A stretch of DNA of 64,000 bases from Acidobacteriota bacterium (GTDB lineage Bacteria > Acidobacteriota > UBA890 > WLXD01), in NCBI GenBank assembly GCA_963666215.2, contig CAXWPL010000004.1:96001-160000 (forward strand). The letters are read 5' to 3'. The notes beneath the pieces were generated by a model, which had not been told where the DNA came from, did not search any database, and saw only the letters and a list, made by a program, of their open reading frames with translations. Within the stretch, counting starts at the first letter, position 1. Each line of letters starts with the position of its first letter. This document shows, piece after piece, positions 19,503 to 28,168 of the stretch. Both the position numbers and the translations under genes were made by a program.

Positions 19503-20726
19503 CTATGCGCCTCCGAGCCGCGAGGAAGACTGAAACACGTGCACCGTCGCCGACGCCCCGCTGCCTCCCATGTTGTAGGCGAGGCCGGTCCGGGCGCCTT
19601 CTACCTGACGGTCCGCCAGACTTGCCGTCCCCCGCAACTGATCGAACATCTCCACCGCCTGTCCGATGCCGGTCGCGCCGATGGGGTGCCCCTTGGCCTT
19701 GAGGCCGCCCGAGGTGTTGACCGGCAGCCGTCCACCCAGATCGAACTCACCGGCGGCCAGCCGTCGACCGGCCTCCCGGATATCGCACAACCCGAGCTCG
19801 TGGTAGGCAACGAGCTCGGCCACGGTGAAGCAGTCGTGCACTTCGATGAGGTCCAGGTCGCCGGGGCTCAGCTCGGCCATCGCCAGCGCTTGTTTTGCCG
19901 CCCGGCCCGCGGCCTCGAGCCGCGTTATGTCGTCGCGGCCGTGAAGCGCCAGGGTGTCGCTGGCCGCCCCCCATCCGGTAATCCACACCGGATGGTCGGA
20001 GAAGCGCGACGCCAGCTCGGCGCTGACGACGAGCACACACGCCGCGCCGTCGGTCGTCGGGCAACAATCGAAACCGGTTAATGGAGCTGCCACCATCGGG
20101 GCGCCGAGAACCTGCTCCAGGGTCAGCGGCCGGCGCAGCATGGCATGGGGATTCAGCGATGCGTGGCGGTGGTTCTTCACGGCCACTCGCGCCATGTCCT
20201 CGCGGGTGATCGCTCCGATGTGAATCAGCCGCGCCGCCATCAACCCGAAGATCCCGGCAAAGGTGAGCCCCGCCAGACGCTCGTACTCGGTGTCACCCGA
20301 GATGCCCAGCCAGTAGCGGCCCTTCTCGCCGGAGACATCGCGCATCTTCTCGACCCCGGCCGCCAGCACGCAGGAGTACTGCCCCGAAGCCACCGCCTGC
20401 ACGGCCTGCAGCAGGGCGTAGCCACCGGACGCGCAGGCGCTCTCGACATGCAACGCCGGAACCGGCGGTAGCCCGGCGTAGTCCAGCAGCGCCGGCGCGA
20501 AGTTACCGAGCTGCATGCCCTGGCCGCACGCCAGGCTGCCGATGAACGCAGCTTCGATACGGTCGCGCTCCAACCCGCGGTCCACCGTGCCAACCATGTC
20601 GTCGAGGGCGGCTTGAAACAGCTCCTTGACGCCGAGATCGGGGTGCTTACCGAAGGCCGTTTGCCCTGCCCCGACGAGCGCAACGCGCAATGCCCCAGCC
20701 CCTTCCGACGATCCGGTGGATTTCAA
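19503..20726 (-). CDS. Thiolase, archaeal/SCP-x type
   Basis: ESACASGG, KNH..ASLNP.A, EVHDCF, GGLKAKGHPIGATG, NMGG. Confidence 0.88.
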   Translation of the reverse strand: MKSTGSSEGAGALRVALVGAGQTAFGKHPDLGVKELFQAALDDMVGTVDRGLERDRIEAAFIGSLACGQGMQLGNFAPALLDYAGLPPVPALHVESACASGGYALLQAVQAVASGQYSCVLAAGVEKMRDVSGEKGRYWLGISGDTEYERLAGLTFAGIFGLMAARLIHIGAITREDMARVAVKNHRHASLNPHAMLRRPLTLEQVLGAPMVAAPLTGFDCCPTTDGAACVLVVSAELASRFSDHPVWITGWGAASDTLALHGRDDITRLEAAGRAAKQALAMAELSPGDLDLIEVHDCFTVAELVAYHELGLCDIREAGRRLAAGEFDLGGRLPVNTSGGLKAKGHPIGATGIGQAVEMFDQLRGTASLADRQVEGARTGLAYNMGGSGASATVHVFQSSSRLGGA

Positions 20727-20730
20727 CGAG

Positions 20731-20748
20731 TTCTACTAACCAGTCAAC
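20731..20748. promoter_or_regulatory. Putative operator 1 (thiolase-mutase operon)
   Basis: TTCTACTAACCAGTCAAC; matches the shared palindrome. Confidence 0.7.
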
Positions 20749-20898
20749 TTATGAAGGCGACGACGGTCGCGAACTCTGCGGTTCGAGACGCTCTACAACA
20801 AGCAGGCCGGGATAGTAAGTGGCTTGATCGTAATGACTTGGGGGAGTCTTTCCAAGCTTCGCAACTGCTTTCTGGACCTCCGCGCCCAGAAGTTGGAT

Positions 20899-20916
20899 AC
20901 TTACCCGCGAGTTGAT
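20899..20916. promoter_or_regulatory. Putative operator 2 (symporter operon)
   Basis: ACTTACCCGCGAGTTGAT; overlaps a GATACT -10-like hexamer. Confidence 0.55.
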
Positions 20917-20947
20917 CCATTGGCAACATCCAGTTTCCGCCCCTCAC

Positions 20948-20981
20948 CCCTGCCGACTCGAACCGCTTCGAGTCGGCAGGG
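20948..20981. other. Perfect 15-bp stem-loop in the symporter operon leader
   Basis: CCCTGCCGACTCGAA-ccgc-TTCGAGTCGGCAGGG. Confidence 0.8.
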
Positions 20982-21002
20982 ACAGCCGGACAGGCCAACA
21001 AC

Positions 21003-21122
21003 ATGACCCCCTTGCCCCACTGGATTTTCCTGTTCGGGACCATGATCGTTTACTTCATCATTGGGTTCGTCGTCTACGCCTTCTACGGTCGTGCAGGCCG
21101 CGGCTCTGGAGGCGACCGATGA
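21003..21122 (+). CDS. 39-aa single-pass membrane protein, probable symporter small subunit
   Basis: MTPLPHWIFLFGTMIVYFIIGFVVYAFYGRAGRGSGGDR; ATGA overlap with the symporter; absent from the ORF track. Confidence 0.7.
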   Translation: MTPLPHWIFLFGTMIVYFIIGFVVYAFYGRAGRGSGGDR

Positions 21123-22612
21123 ACCCCATGCTAGTCGCCTTCGGCCTGTACCTGGCGGCGATCGTTGCAATCGCCGTCTGGCACATGCGGAGCATCCAGT
21201 CGTCCTCCGACTTCTTCCTCGGTGGGCGGGGAATCGGCCCCATCGGCACGGCCATCAGCGCCGCGGCATCTGCCCGCAGTTCCTCTGCCATGGTGGGCCA
21301 GGCCGGTCTGGCGTTCATGGTGGGCTTCCAGGCCGTGTGGATCGTTTTCGCGGCGACGATTCTCGAGTATCTGGCGATGCTCTACCTGCTCGGGCCAAAG
21401 CTGCGACGGTTCTCGAGTCGGCGTGGAGCCATCACCATCCCCGAGTATCTCGAAGAACGGTTCCGCGACAGCAACAACCTGTTGCGCTTGCTGTCGGCGT
21501 TGGCGCTGATCGTATTCATGATGGCGTACATCGCGGCCCAGTACGTGGGCATGAGCTTCGTGGTGTCACAGGTGTTCGACTGGCCGCTGGTGCCCGCCAT
21601 CATTGTCGCCGCGATCATCACCGCCGCCTACACCATGTTCGGAGGCTACAAGGCCGTCGTCTACACCGATGTGATGCAGGGCTGCATGATGGTCCTGGCG
21701 CTCGCCGTTGTGCCTTTCTTGGCCTGGCGCGCCGCCGGCGGCCTCGAGAACGTCGTGTCCGAGCTCAACGTGATTGGTGGCCCCGGTCTCTCGGGCATCA
21801 TCGGAAGCAACGGCTGGCCCTTCGCCATCGGGATGCTCTTCGCCGGTCTCGGTGCTTTCGGCAACCCCCATATCGTCGTGCGCTACATGAGCATCAGGTC
21901 GGTGCGCGACTTCCGACTCGCAGCACTGGTGAATCTGATCTTCAACATCATCATCGGCTGGGGTGGCATCATCCTGGGGCTCGCCGGCAGGGTGCTGTAT
22001 CGCGACGTCACGAGCCTACCTTTCGAGAATCAGGAGATGGTCTTCTTCAGTATCAGTCGCGACATGATCCCGTCGGCTTTCCTGCTGGGGGTGATCTGGG
22101 CCGGCGTCTTCGCCGCCATGATGTCCTCGGCAGACTCCATGATCATGGTCGTCACGTCCTCAGTGAGCCGCGACATCTATAAGAAGATCCTGAAGGCCGG
22201 CGTGGAGATCAAAGAGAGCACCGAGTTGACTATCGATCGCGTCACCGTGGCGCTGGTCGTGCTCGTCTGCCTGTTCCTCACCTTCTTCCTCGAGAAATCC
22301 GCCCTGGCCATCGCGTTGTTCGCCTGGGGCGGCCTGGGAGGCGCCCTGGGCCCGGTGATCCTGCTCTCGCTCTGGTGGCCACGGATGACCAAGTGGGGTG
22401 CGGTGGCCGGCCTGGTGGGTGGCATCGGCATGGCGGTGTTCTGGCGATTCACGCCGGCGCTCACCGCCATCGTCAGCTACGAGGCTCTGCCGGCGTTCCT
22501 GTTCGCCACCGCCGCCGCTTGGCTCACCAGCCTGGCCACCGAGCCGCCAGACGATCCAACGCTCGAAGAAGACCTGGCGTTCCCCGATTGGGACGACATG
22601 GAGCTGCGCTAG
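21119..22612 (+). CDS. Sodium:solute symporter (PutP-like)
   Basis: DFFLGGR, TIPEYLEERF, YTMFGGYKAVVYTD, GNPHIVVRYM, AAMMSSADS. Confidence 0.9.
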   Translation: MNPMLVAFGLYLAAIVAIAVWHMRSIQSSSDFFLGGRGIGPIGTAISAAASARSSSAMVGQAGLAFMVGFQAVWIVFAATILEYLAMLYLLGPKLRRFSSRRGAITIPEYLEERFRDSNNLLRLLSALALIVFMMAYIAAQYVGMSFVVSQVFDWPLVPAIIVAAIITAAYTMFGGYKAVVYTDVMQGCMMVLALAVVPFLAWRAAGGLENVVSELNVIGGPGLSGIIGSNGWPFAIGMLFAGLGAFGNPHIVVRYMSIRSVRDFRLAALVNLIFNIIIGWGGIILGLAGRVLYRDVTSLPFENQEMVFFSISRDMIPSAFLLGVIWAGVFAAMMSSADSMIMVVTSSVSRDIYKKILKAGVEIKESTELTIDRVTVALVVLVCLFLTFFLEKSALAIALFAWGGLGGALGPVILLSLWWPRMTKWGAVAGLVGGIGMAVFWRFTPALTAIVSYEALPAFLFATAAAWLTSLATEPPDDPTLEEDLAFPDWDDMELR

Positions 22613-22649
22613 TGTTCACGGCAGCAGCCGGGCACGCCGCGGCAAACAG

Positions 22650-23657
22650 ATGACGTACGGCGAGATCTGGGAGCGCGGCATGGCTCGCCTCGAGGAGATG
22701 GGGCGGGCTAACGACCTCGACCTGGCGTGCGAGACCAGGTCGTCCACCTCTCTCAATCGCAAGTACCTCGACTCGATAGCGATCGAGATGCGGTTGCTGA
22801 AGGCCGTCGTCGCCGACACCACGACGCAGCTCTTTGGCACACAGCTGCAGTCGCCGGTAATCGGCGCCCCGTTGGGCTTCGGCCGCGTTTTAGGACAGCT
22901 CGCCGAGCACGGTCCCCAGTACGGCACGGGCTACCTCGAGCCCATCGCCGCCGGGCTGGCCGACGCCGGCTCCATGATGGGCGTCGGCGTGGCGCCTGCC
23001 GAGCAGTTGCAAAGCGTGCTCGACGTCGGAGCCCCAACCTACGTCATCGTCAAGCCGTACCGGGAGCGCGAGCGGATCCTCAGCAAGATCCGCGACGCCG
23101 AGGCGCGCGGTGTGGTCGCCGTGGGCATCGATATCGACGCTGGCTACGGCGTTCGCACTCGTTACGAACCGGTGGGAGAGACGTACAACGCCCCGCTCAG
23201 CCCCGCGGAGCTGGCCGAGGTTCGCGCCAGCACCAAGCTCCCCTTCATCCTCAAGGGAATCCTGTCGGTCAGCGACGCCAGGGCCGCCGTCGACGCCGGG
23301 GTCGACACCATCGTCGTCTGCAACCACGGCGGCGAGATCATCGACTACGCCGTGCCTCCTCTCAAGGTGCTGCCCGACATCGTCGAGGCGCTGGCGGACT
23401 CGAAGATCACGATCCTGGTGGGCTCGGGACTGCAGACGGGCACCGACGTCCTCAAGGCTCTGGCACTCGGCGCCGACGCCGTCATGCTGGGGACTCCGCT
23501 CATCGTCGGCCTGGCGGCCGCTGGCGCCGACGGGGTTGCGGCGCTGGTGCGGGGCCTGAGCGACGAGCTTCGGCGCAATCTGTCGATCGTGGGCGCGGCG
23601 ACTCCGAGCGACGTCGACCGCTCCATCCTCCATTTCCCCTTCCTCGGCGGCTCGTGA
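22650..23657 (+). CDS. FMN-dependent alpha-hydroxy-acid oxidase-family protein (divergent)
   Basis: LPFILKGILS..DA, NHGG, DVLKALALGADAV. Confidence 0.8.
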   Translation: MTYGEIWERGMARLEEMGRANDLDLACETRSSTSLNRKYLDSIAIEMRLLKAVVADTTTQLFGTQLQSPVIGAPLGFGRVLGQLAEHGPQYGTGYLEPIAAGLADAGSMMGVGVAPAEQLQSVLDVGAPTYVIVKPYRERERILSKIRDAEARGVVAVGIDIDAGYGVRTRYEPVGETYNAPLSPAELAEVRASTKLPFILKGILSVSDARAAVDAGVDTIVVCNHGGEIIDYAVPPLKVLPDIVEALADSKITILVGSGLQTGTDVLKALALGADAVMLGTPLIVGLAAAGADGVAALVRGLSDELRRNLSIVGAATPSDVDRSILHFPFLGGS

Positions 23658-23691
23658 TGCGGCGGCCCGGGCAACACGCCGCGGGTTCGTC

Positions 23692-25056
23692 GTGCTGACA
23701 CCTCGCGTGCTGCAGGCGCTGGCAGACTCGTGGCCAAATTCCCGCGAGGGCTACGACCGTGCGTCGCGAGTCATCCCGTCGGGCACGGTGAGCCGCGCCC
23801 GCATTCTGGACCCGTTCCCGTTCCTCACCGCGCGGGCCGCTGGTGCACGTGTTGTCGACGTGGACGGCAACGAGTACATCGACTGCGCGATGGGGTTCGG
23901 CTGCCACCTGCTCGGCCACGCGCATCCCGTGGTGGTCGAGGCAATCCGCGAATCGGTGCTCGAGGGCACCGGCTACGGCACCCCCCATCCGCGCGAGGCC
24001 CGTCTCGCGGAGCTCCTGGTAGACAGCATTGCGTGCGCCGACAAGGTGACCTTCGCTAACTCGGGATCTGAGGCCACGCTCAATGCCATCCGAATCGCCA
24101 GAGGTTTCACCGGCAAGTCGGGCATTGCCAAGTTCGAGGGTGGGTACCACGGTTGGTACGACGCGGTGCTCGGCAGCGTGTACCACGACCCGGCGGCCAG
24201 CGGCGCCATCGACGAGCCGGCGTTCTTCTCGCACTCCATCGGCGTCCCCGCCGAAAACCTGGCTCACACGTACGCCCTTCCGTTCAACCATGAGGCTGCC
24301 TTCGAGCGCATCCGTAGCCTCTCGGACAAGCTCGCGGTGGTTCTGGTGGAGGCCGTTCAGGGAGCTGGCGGAGCCATCCCAGCGGATCGCGCATGGCTGC
24401 ACGGGTTGCGCAGAGTTTGTAGCGAGTGCGGCGTCCTGCTGCTCATCGACGAGGTCATTACCGGCTATCGCCTGGCGCGTGGCGGCGCCCAGGAAACCTA
24501 TGGCGTCGAGGCAGACTTGGCGACCTACAGCAAGGTGGTGGGCGCCGGGTTGCCGATTGGCATCATCGCCGGCACCGAATCGGTCATGGGAATGCTCGGG
24601 ACCACCGGAGACCCGGCTCGCGATCTACGCGACAAGGTCTACTACGGCGGCACCTTCAACGGCTCCGTGCCCGTCATGGCGGTGGGAATCGCGGTCCTCG
24701 AGTACCTGGAGGAGCACCCGGAGGTGTATGGGCGACTCAACGATCTCGGGGCAACCCTACGCCAGGGCCTCACCGAGATGATCGCGGCTGGCGGCTATCC
24801 AGCCACCGTTCTCGGAACCGGCTCGATGTTCATGCTCCGGTTCATAGAACATCCGGTGCATAGCTGCAGGGACCTGAGCGGCGAGAACGGCGGCGCCTAT
24901 CGCGAGCTTTTCCCGCGGCTGCTGCAGCAGGGTGTGTTCATGGCGCGGACACATTTCGGGCTGCTCTCCACCGCCCACACGGACGACGACGTGAGCCGCA
25001 TCGTCGAGGCACATGCCGCCGCGCTAGCTGGCATGCGGAAGGACGGAGTGCTCTAA
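23692..25056 (+). CDS. Class III PLP aminotransferase (glutamate-1-semialdehyde aminomutase-like)
   Basis: DVDGNEYID, NSGSEA, KFEGGYHG, DEVITGYR, YSKVVGAGLP, GTFNG. Confidence 0.88.
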   Translation: MLTPRVLQALADSWPNSREGYDRASRVIPSGTVSRARILDPFPFLTARAAGARVVDVDGNEYIDCAMGFGCHLLGHAHPVVVEAIRESVLEGTGYGTPHPREARLAELLVDSIACADKVTFANSGSEATLNAIRIARGFTGKSGIAKFEGGYHGWYDAVLGSVYHDPAASGAIDEPAFFSHSIGVPAENLAHTYALPFNHEAAFERIRSLSDKLAVVLVEAVQGAGGAIPADRAWLHGLRRVCSECGVLLLIDEVITGYRLARGGAQETYGVEADLATYSKVVGAGLPIGIIAGTESVMGMLGTTGDPARDLRDKVYYGGTFNGSVPVMAVGIAVLEYLEEHPEVYGRLNDLGATLRQGLTEMIAAGGYPATVLGTGSMFMLRFIEHPVHSCRDLSGENGGAYRELFPRLLQQGVFMARTHFGLLSTAHTDDDVSRIVEAHAAALAGMRKDGVL

Positions 25057-25119
25057 GGGAGTGCTCTAACAGTCCACGTCGACGAGCCGGCGGGGCGGCG
25101 GGCAGCGGGGCGGCGGGCA
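25045..25119. repeat. Two short tandem duplications
   Basis: GGAGTGCTCTAA at 25045-25056 and 25058-25069; GCGGGGCGGCGGGCA at 25090-25104 and 25105-25119. Confidence 0.75.
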
Positions 25120-25168
25120 CGGAGACATCGTACCGAGCACATGATCAGACTGTCGAGGAGGGAATGGA

Positions 25169-26614
25169 ATGGCGAGGTGCTGGCAGTTTTATACGCTCAC
25201 GCTGGTTGCAGCGATGGCAATCAGCGGGTCGCCTCCCCTGGCCGCGGGCGCCCAAACCTCGGCGACCGCGCTCCTCTATCGCGACGGCCACAAGGAAGCG
25301 GCGAGCGCCCGACGTGCCGCGATGATGACGGCCATGGAGGGCGGGCTGGCGGTCATCACCAGCGCCGATCGCAGCCAGCCGAACCTCTACGAGTACTACC
25401 CCGACGATACGGAGAGCCACGACTTCATCTTCTTGACTGGCATGTACGATCCGGCGCCCCCGGGATCGATCCTCGTGCTCAACCCCGACGGAAGCACCTA
25501 TCGCGAGGTCCTGTACACCGCCGATGATCTCGAAGAGGCGAGGCGCGTCACCGGAATCGAGCACATCTTCCAACACGAGAAGTTCCTCGAGCACTTCTCC
25601 AGCGCCCTCACCGACTATCGTAACCTGCGCATCACGCAGCTGCGCTTCAAGCCGGTCGCCTCGGACCTGGCCCGCGGCTGGGGCAACTCCGACAAGATCC
25701 TCTACGTCAACTACCCCCGCTTCAACAACCTGAGCGAGCCCGCGAATCCCCGGCTCGAGTTCGTCGACCGCCTGAGGGAGGCCACGCCGGAGCTCGACCT
25801 GCGTGACGCTGGCGACATCCTGGACCGGATGCGGATGGTGCTCGACGATTTCGGCCAGATTCAGGTGCGGCGCGCCATCGAGATCACCGGTAGGGGGCTG
25901 ATGGAGGGCATGAAGCTGGCTCGCCCGAGCCTCAGCACGAAACAGGTGATGGAGGCGGTCAACCACGTCTACCGCCTCAACGGGGCCCGCCTCGGGTTCA
26001 ATACCGGTGTTTCGCCGGCCAGCAATCTGAACGTCGAGCTGCGATGGGAGAACACCCGCGACGAGGAGGCGGCGCGAAAGGGCGACGCCCCGATCTTGCC
26101 GGGCAGCCTGGTGCATTTCGACACCGGAGCCGCGTTCAATCACTACTCGGCCGACATTCAGCGGACGGTCCCAGCCGACGGCACCTTCACGGACGAGCAG
26201 CGTCACGTGTATCAGACGGTTCTCGACGTGCAGAAGACTGTGATCTCGAACGTACGTCCCGGAGTCACCTGGCAGGAGCTCCACGACATGGCGGTGACGA
26301 TGCTGCGCGACGCCGGGGGCTGGGACGAGAGCTACACGTACGGGATCGGCCACTTCATCGGCATGGAGGTGCACGAGCACGGCGACTACACGATTCCACT
26401 GGAGCCGGGCATGGTCCTCGCAATCGAGCAGGGCGTCATCGTCGACGGCACGCGTGTGGCCTTCGAGGACGACGTGCTGGTAACCGGGGATGGCCACGAG
26501 TGGCTGAGCCGCTTCATCCCAATCGAGATCGACGAGGTCGAGGCGTTGCGACGGGAGGCACCGGCTAGCGACCCGAGCCAGCTCCTCCTCCCGCTGCCGA
26601 AGCGGCAGCGGTGA
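25169..26614 (+). CDS. Secreted M24-family metallopeptidase (Xaa-Pro aminopeptidase-like)
   Basis: Signal peptide; D..YSADIQRT, GHFIGMEVH, IEQG and FEDD metal ligands. Confidence 0.85.
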   Translation: MARCWQFYTLTLVAAMAISGSPPLAAGAQTSATALLYRDGHKEAASARRAAMMTAMEGGLAVITSADRSQPNLYEYYPDDTESHDFIFLTGMYDPAPPGSILVLNPDGSTYREVLYTADDLEEARRVTGIEHIFQHEKFLEHFSSALTDYRNLRITQLRFKPVASDLARGWGNSDKILYVNYPRFNNLSEPANPRLEFVDRLREATPELDLRDAGDILDRMRMVLDDFGQIQVRRAIEITGRGLMEGMKLARPSLSTKQVMEAVNHVYRLNGARLGFNTGVSPASNLNVELRWENTRDEEAARKGDAPILPGSLVHFDTGAAFNHYSADIQRTVPADGTFTDEQRHVYQTVLDVQKTVISNVRPGVTWQELHDMAVTMLRDAGGWDESYTYGIGHFIGMEVHEHGDYTIPLEPGMVLAIEQGVIVDGTRVAFEDDVLVTGDGHEWLSRFIPIEIDEVEALRREAPASDPSQLLLPLPKRQR

Positions 26615-26624
26615 TTGGCGGCAA

Positions 26625-27446
26625 ATGAGCGTCGACCCGGAAACACCGTCCGGCGGATCGTCGGCGGCGGGTGTGGGTCAACGCCTCGAGATCGTGGCAG
26701 TCCCCGGTATTCCGGAGGTGCGGCCCGGTGACGATCTCGTGGAGCAGATACTCGCCGCTCTCGAGGGGGCCCGGCTCGAGCTCCGTGACCACGACATCGT
26801 CGTTGTGGCTCAGAAGATCGTCTCGAAGGCTGAGCAGCGAGTGGTGGATCTCGCCTCCGTGCGTCCGGGGCGGATGGCTCGCGAGTGGGCAGAACGGCAC
26901 GGCAAAGACGCCCGCCAGGTACAGGTGGTGCTCGACGAGTCGGTGCGCATCGTCCGCATGGATCGCGGCGTCATGATCTGTGAGACCCGCCACGGGTTCA
27001 TCTGTGCGAATGCCGGGGTCGACGCCTCCAACGCCCCGCCGGGGTGTGTCCTGCTATTGCCAAGCGATCCCGATGCGTCGGCGCGCCAGTTGCGCGTCGG
27101 CCTCCAAGGTGCCACGGGGGCCCGCATCGGCGTCATCGTCACCGACACCTGGGGACGTCCATGGCGGCTCGGAATCACCAACGTCGCCATCGGCGCCAGC
27201 GGCGTGCCGGTGCTGCGCGACCATCGGGGCGAGCAGGATCCCGCAGGACGACCGATCCGCGTGACCGTGGTGGCGGTGGCAGACGAGTTGGCAGCCGCGG
27301 CCGAGCTGGTCATGGGCAAGGTCTCGCGGATTCCGGCGGTGATCGTCCGAGGTCTCGAGAGCGGACGGCTCGACGAGGGGCCCAACGCGAGCGGCTGCGG
27401 CGCCGGCAGTTTGGTTCGCCCCACCGAAGACGATCTCTTTCGCTAG
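26625..27446 (+). CDS. cofE: Coenzyme F420-0:L-glutamate ligase
   Basis: PEVRPGDDL, QKIVSKAE, ANAGVDASN, DTWGRPWR, ADELAAAAELVMGK, DDLFR. Confidence 0.92.
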   Translation: MSVDPETPSGGSSAAGVGQRLEIVAVPGIPEVRPGDDLVEQILAALEGARLELRDHDIVVVAQKIVSKAEQRVVDLASVRPGRMAREWAERHGKDARQVQVVLDESVRIVRMDRGVMICETRHGFICANAGVDASNAPPGCVLLLPSDPDASARQLRVGLQGATGARIGVIVTDTWGRPWRLGITNVAIGASGVPVLRDHRGEQDPAGRPIRVTVVAVADELAAAAELVMGKVSRIPAVIVRGLESGRLDEGPNASGCGAGSLVRPTEDDLFR

Positions 27447-27477
27447 CGGGAGCAGCCGCGGACTCGAGTACCGCCGT

Positions 27478-28011
27478 TCAGCTCGCCGGCCGCCGCCCCA
27501 CGAGCATCCGTGCATCCCAGACCAGCACGATCTCGTCGTGCTGGTTGATGACCTCTCCATGGTAGTGGAGGATGCCGCGGGCATCGTCTTTGGCGATGAG
27601 ATCGACAACTCGATTCGCCGAGTGCAGCGTGTCGCCGATCCGCACTGGAAGCAGGAAACGGATTCTGTCGATCCCCGAAAAGGCGATGAACGTGCGTGGT
27701 AAGTACTGGTGAGGACCGTGCCGCAGGATTAGCGTGGAGCCGATCGCCAGGGTCAGCAGGCCATGGGCGATCCGCTCCCCGAACTGACCCGCCTCTGCGG
27801 CGGGGGCATCGGTATGCAAGGGATGCCAGTCGCCGGTGAGGCTGGCATAGGTCACGACGTCGGTCTCGGTGACCGTCCTGGCAGGGCTGACCAGCACCTC
27901 GCCAACCTCGTAGTCCTCGAGATACACACGCTCGACGTGCGTCCGCCGATCCGAGGTGGCATCGCCGCCGACTGTCGAGGTCGCTTCTGCCTGGGGCATA
28001 TCAGTGGTCAC
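27478..28011 (-). CDS. MaoC-family hot-dog dehydratase
   Basis: RTVTETDV..YASLTGDWHPLH, RIAHG, RF..PVRIGDT. Confidence 0.88.
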   Translation of the reverse strand: MTTDMPQAEATSTVGGDATSDRRTHVERVYLEDYEVGEVLVSPARTVTETDVVTYASLTGDWHPLHTDAPAAEAGQFGERIAHGLLTLAIGSTLILRHGPHQYLPRTFIAFSGIDRIRFLLPVRIGDTLHSANRVVDLIAKDDARGILHYHGEVINQHDEIVLVWDARMLVGRRPAS

Positions 28012-28042
28012 CTATAGTTGCGAAGATGAAAACCTACGCATT

Positions 28043-28090
28043 ATTTACTCCCTGGTAGAATTCAAGTCAACCGTTAACCGGACAGTCGGT
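28043..28090. promoter_or_regulatory. Putative operators 3 and 4 (maoC / CRTAC1 divergent promoters)
   Basis: ATTTACTCCCTGGTAGAA (28043-28060) and GTTAACCGGACAGTCGGT (28073-28090); minus-strand TTGACT at 28065-28070. Confidence 0.65.
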
Positions 28091-28168
28091 AGAAAACATG
28101 CCGGTTCGGCACCGAACGAAGCCCTCGATCTCCAGCGCCCGAGGCAACCCGATGGCACAGCCAACTCC

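Noticed and set aside
17956-20726. Mevalonate pathway or DAPG biosynthesis
   Set aside because: The HMGCS-like protein lacks catalytic residues, and there is no HMG-CoA reductase or PhlD type III PKS in the window.
20912-21118. N-terminal extension of the symporter given in the ORF track
   Set aside because: The sequence is not transporter-like; better explained by the hairpin and the 39-aa ORF in another frame.
23692-25056. Calling the aminotransferase hemL
   Set aside because: No tetrapyrrole genes nearby; the context suggests a paralogue with another substrate.
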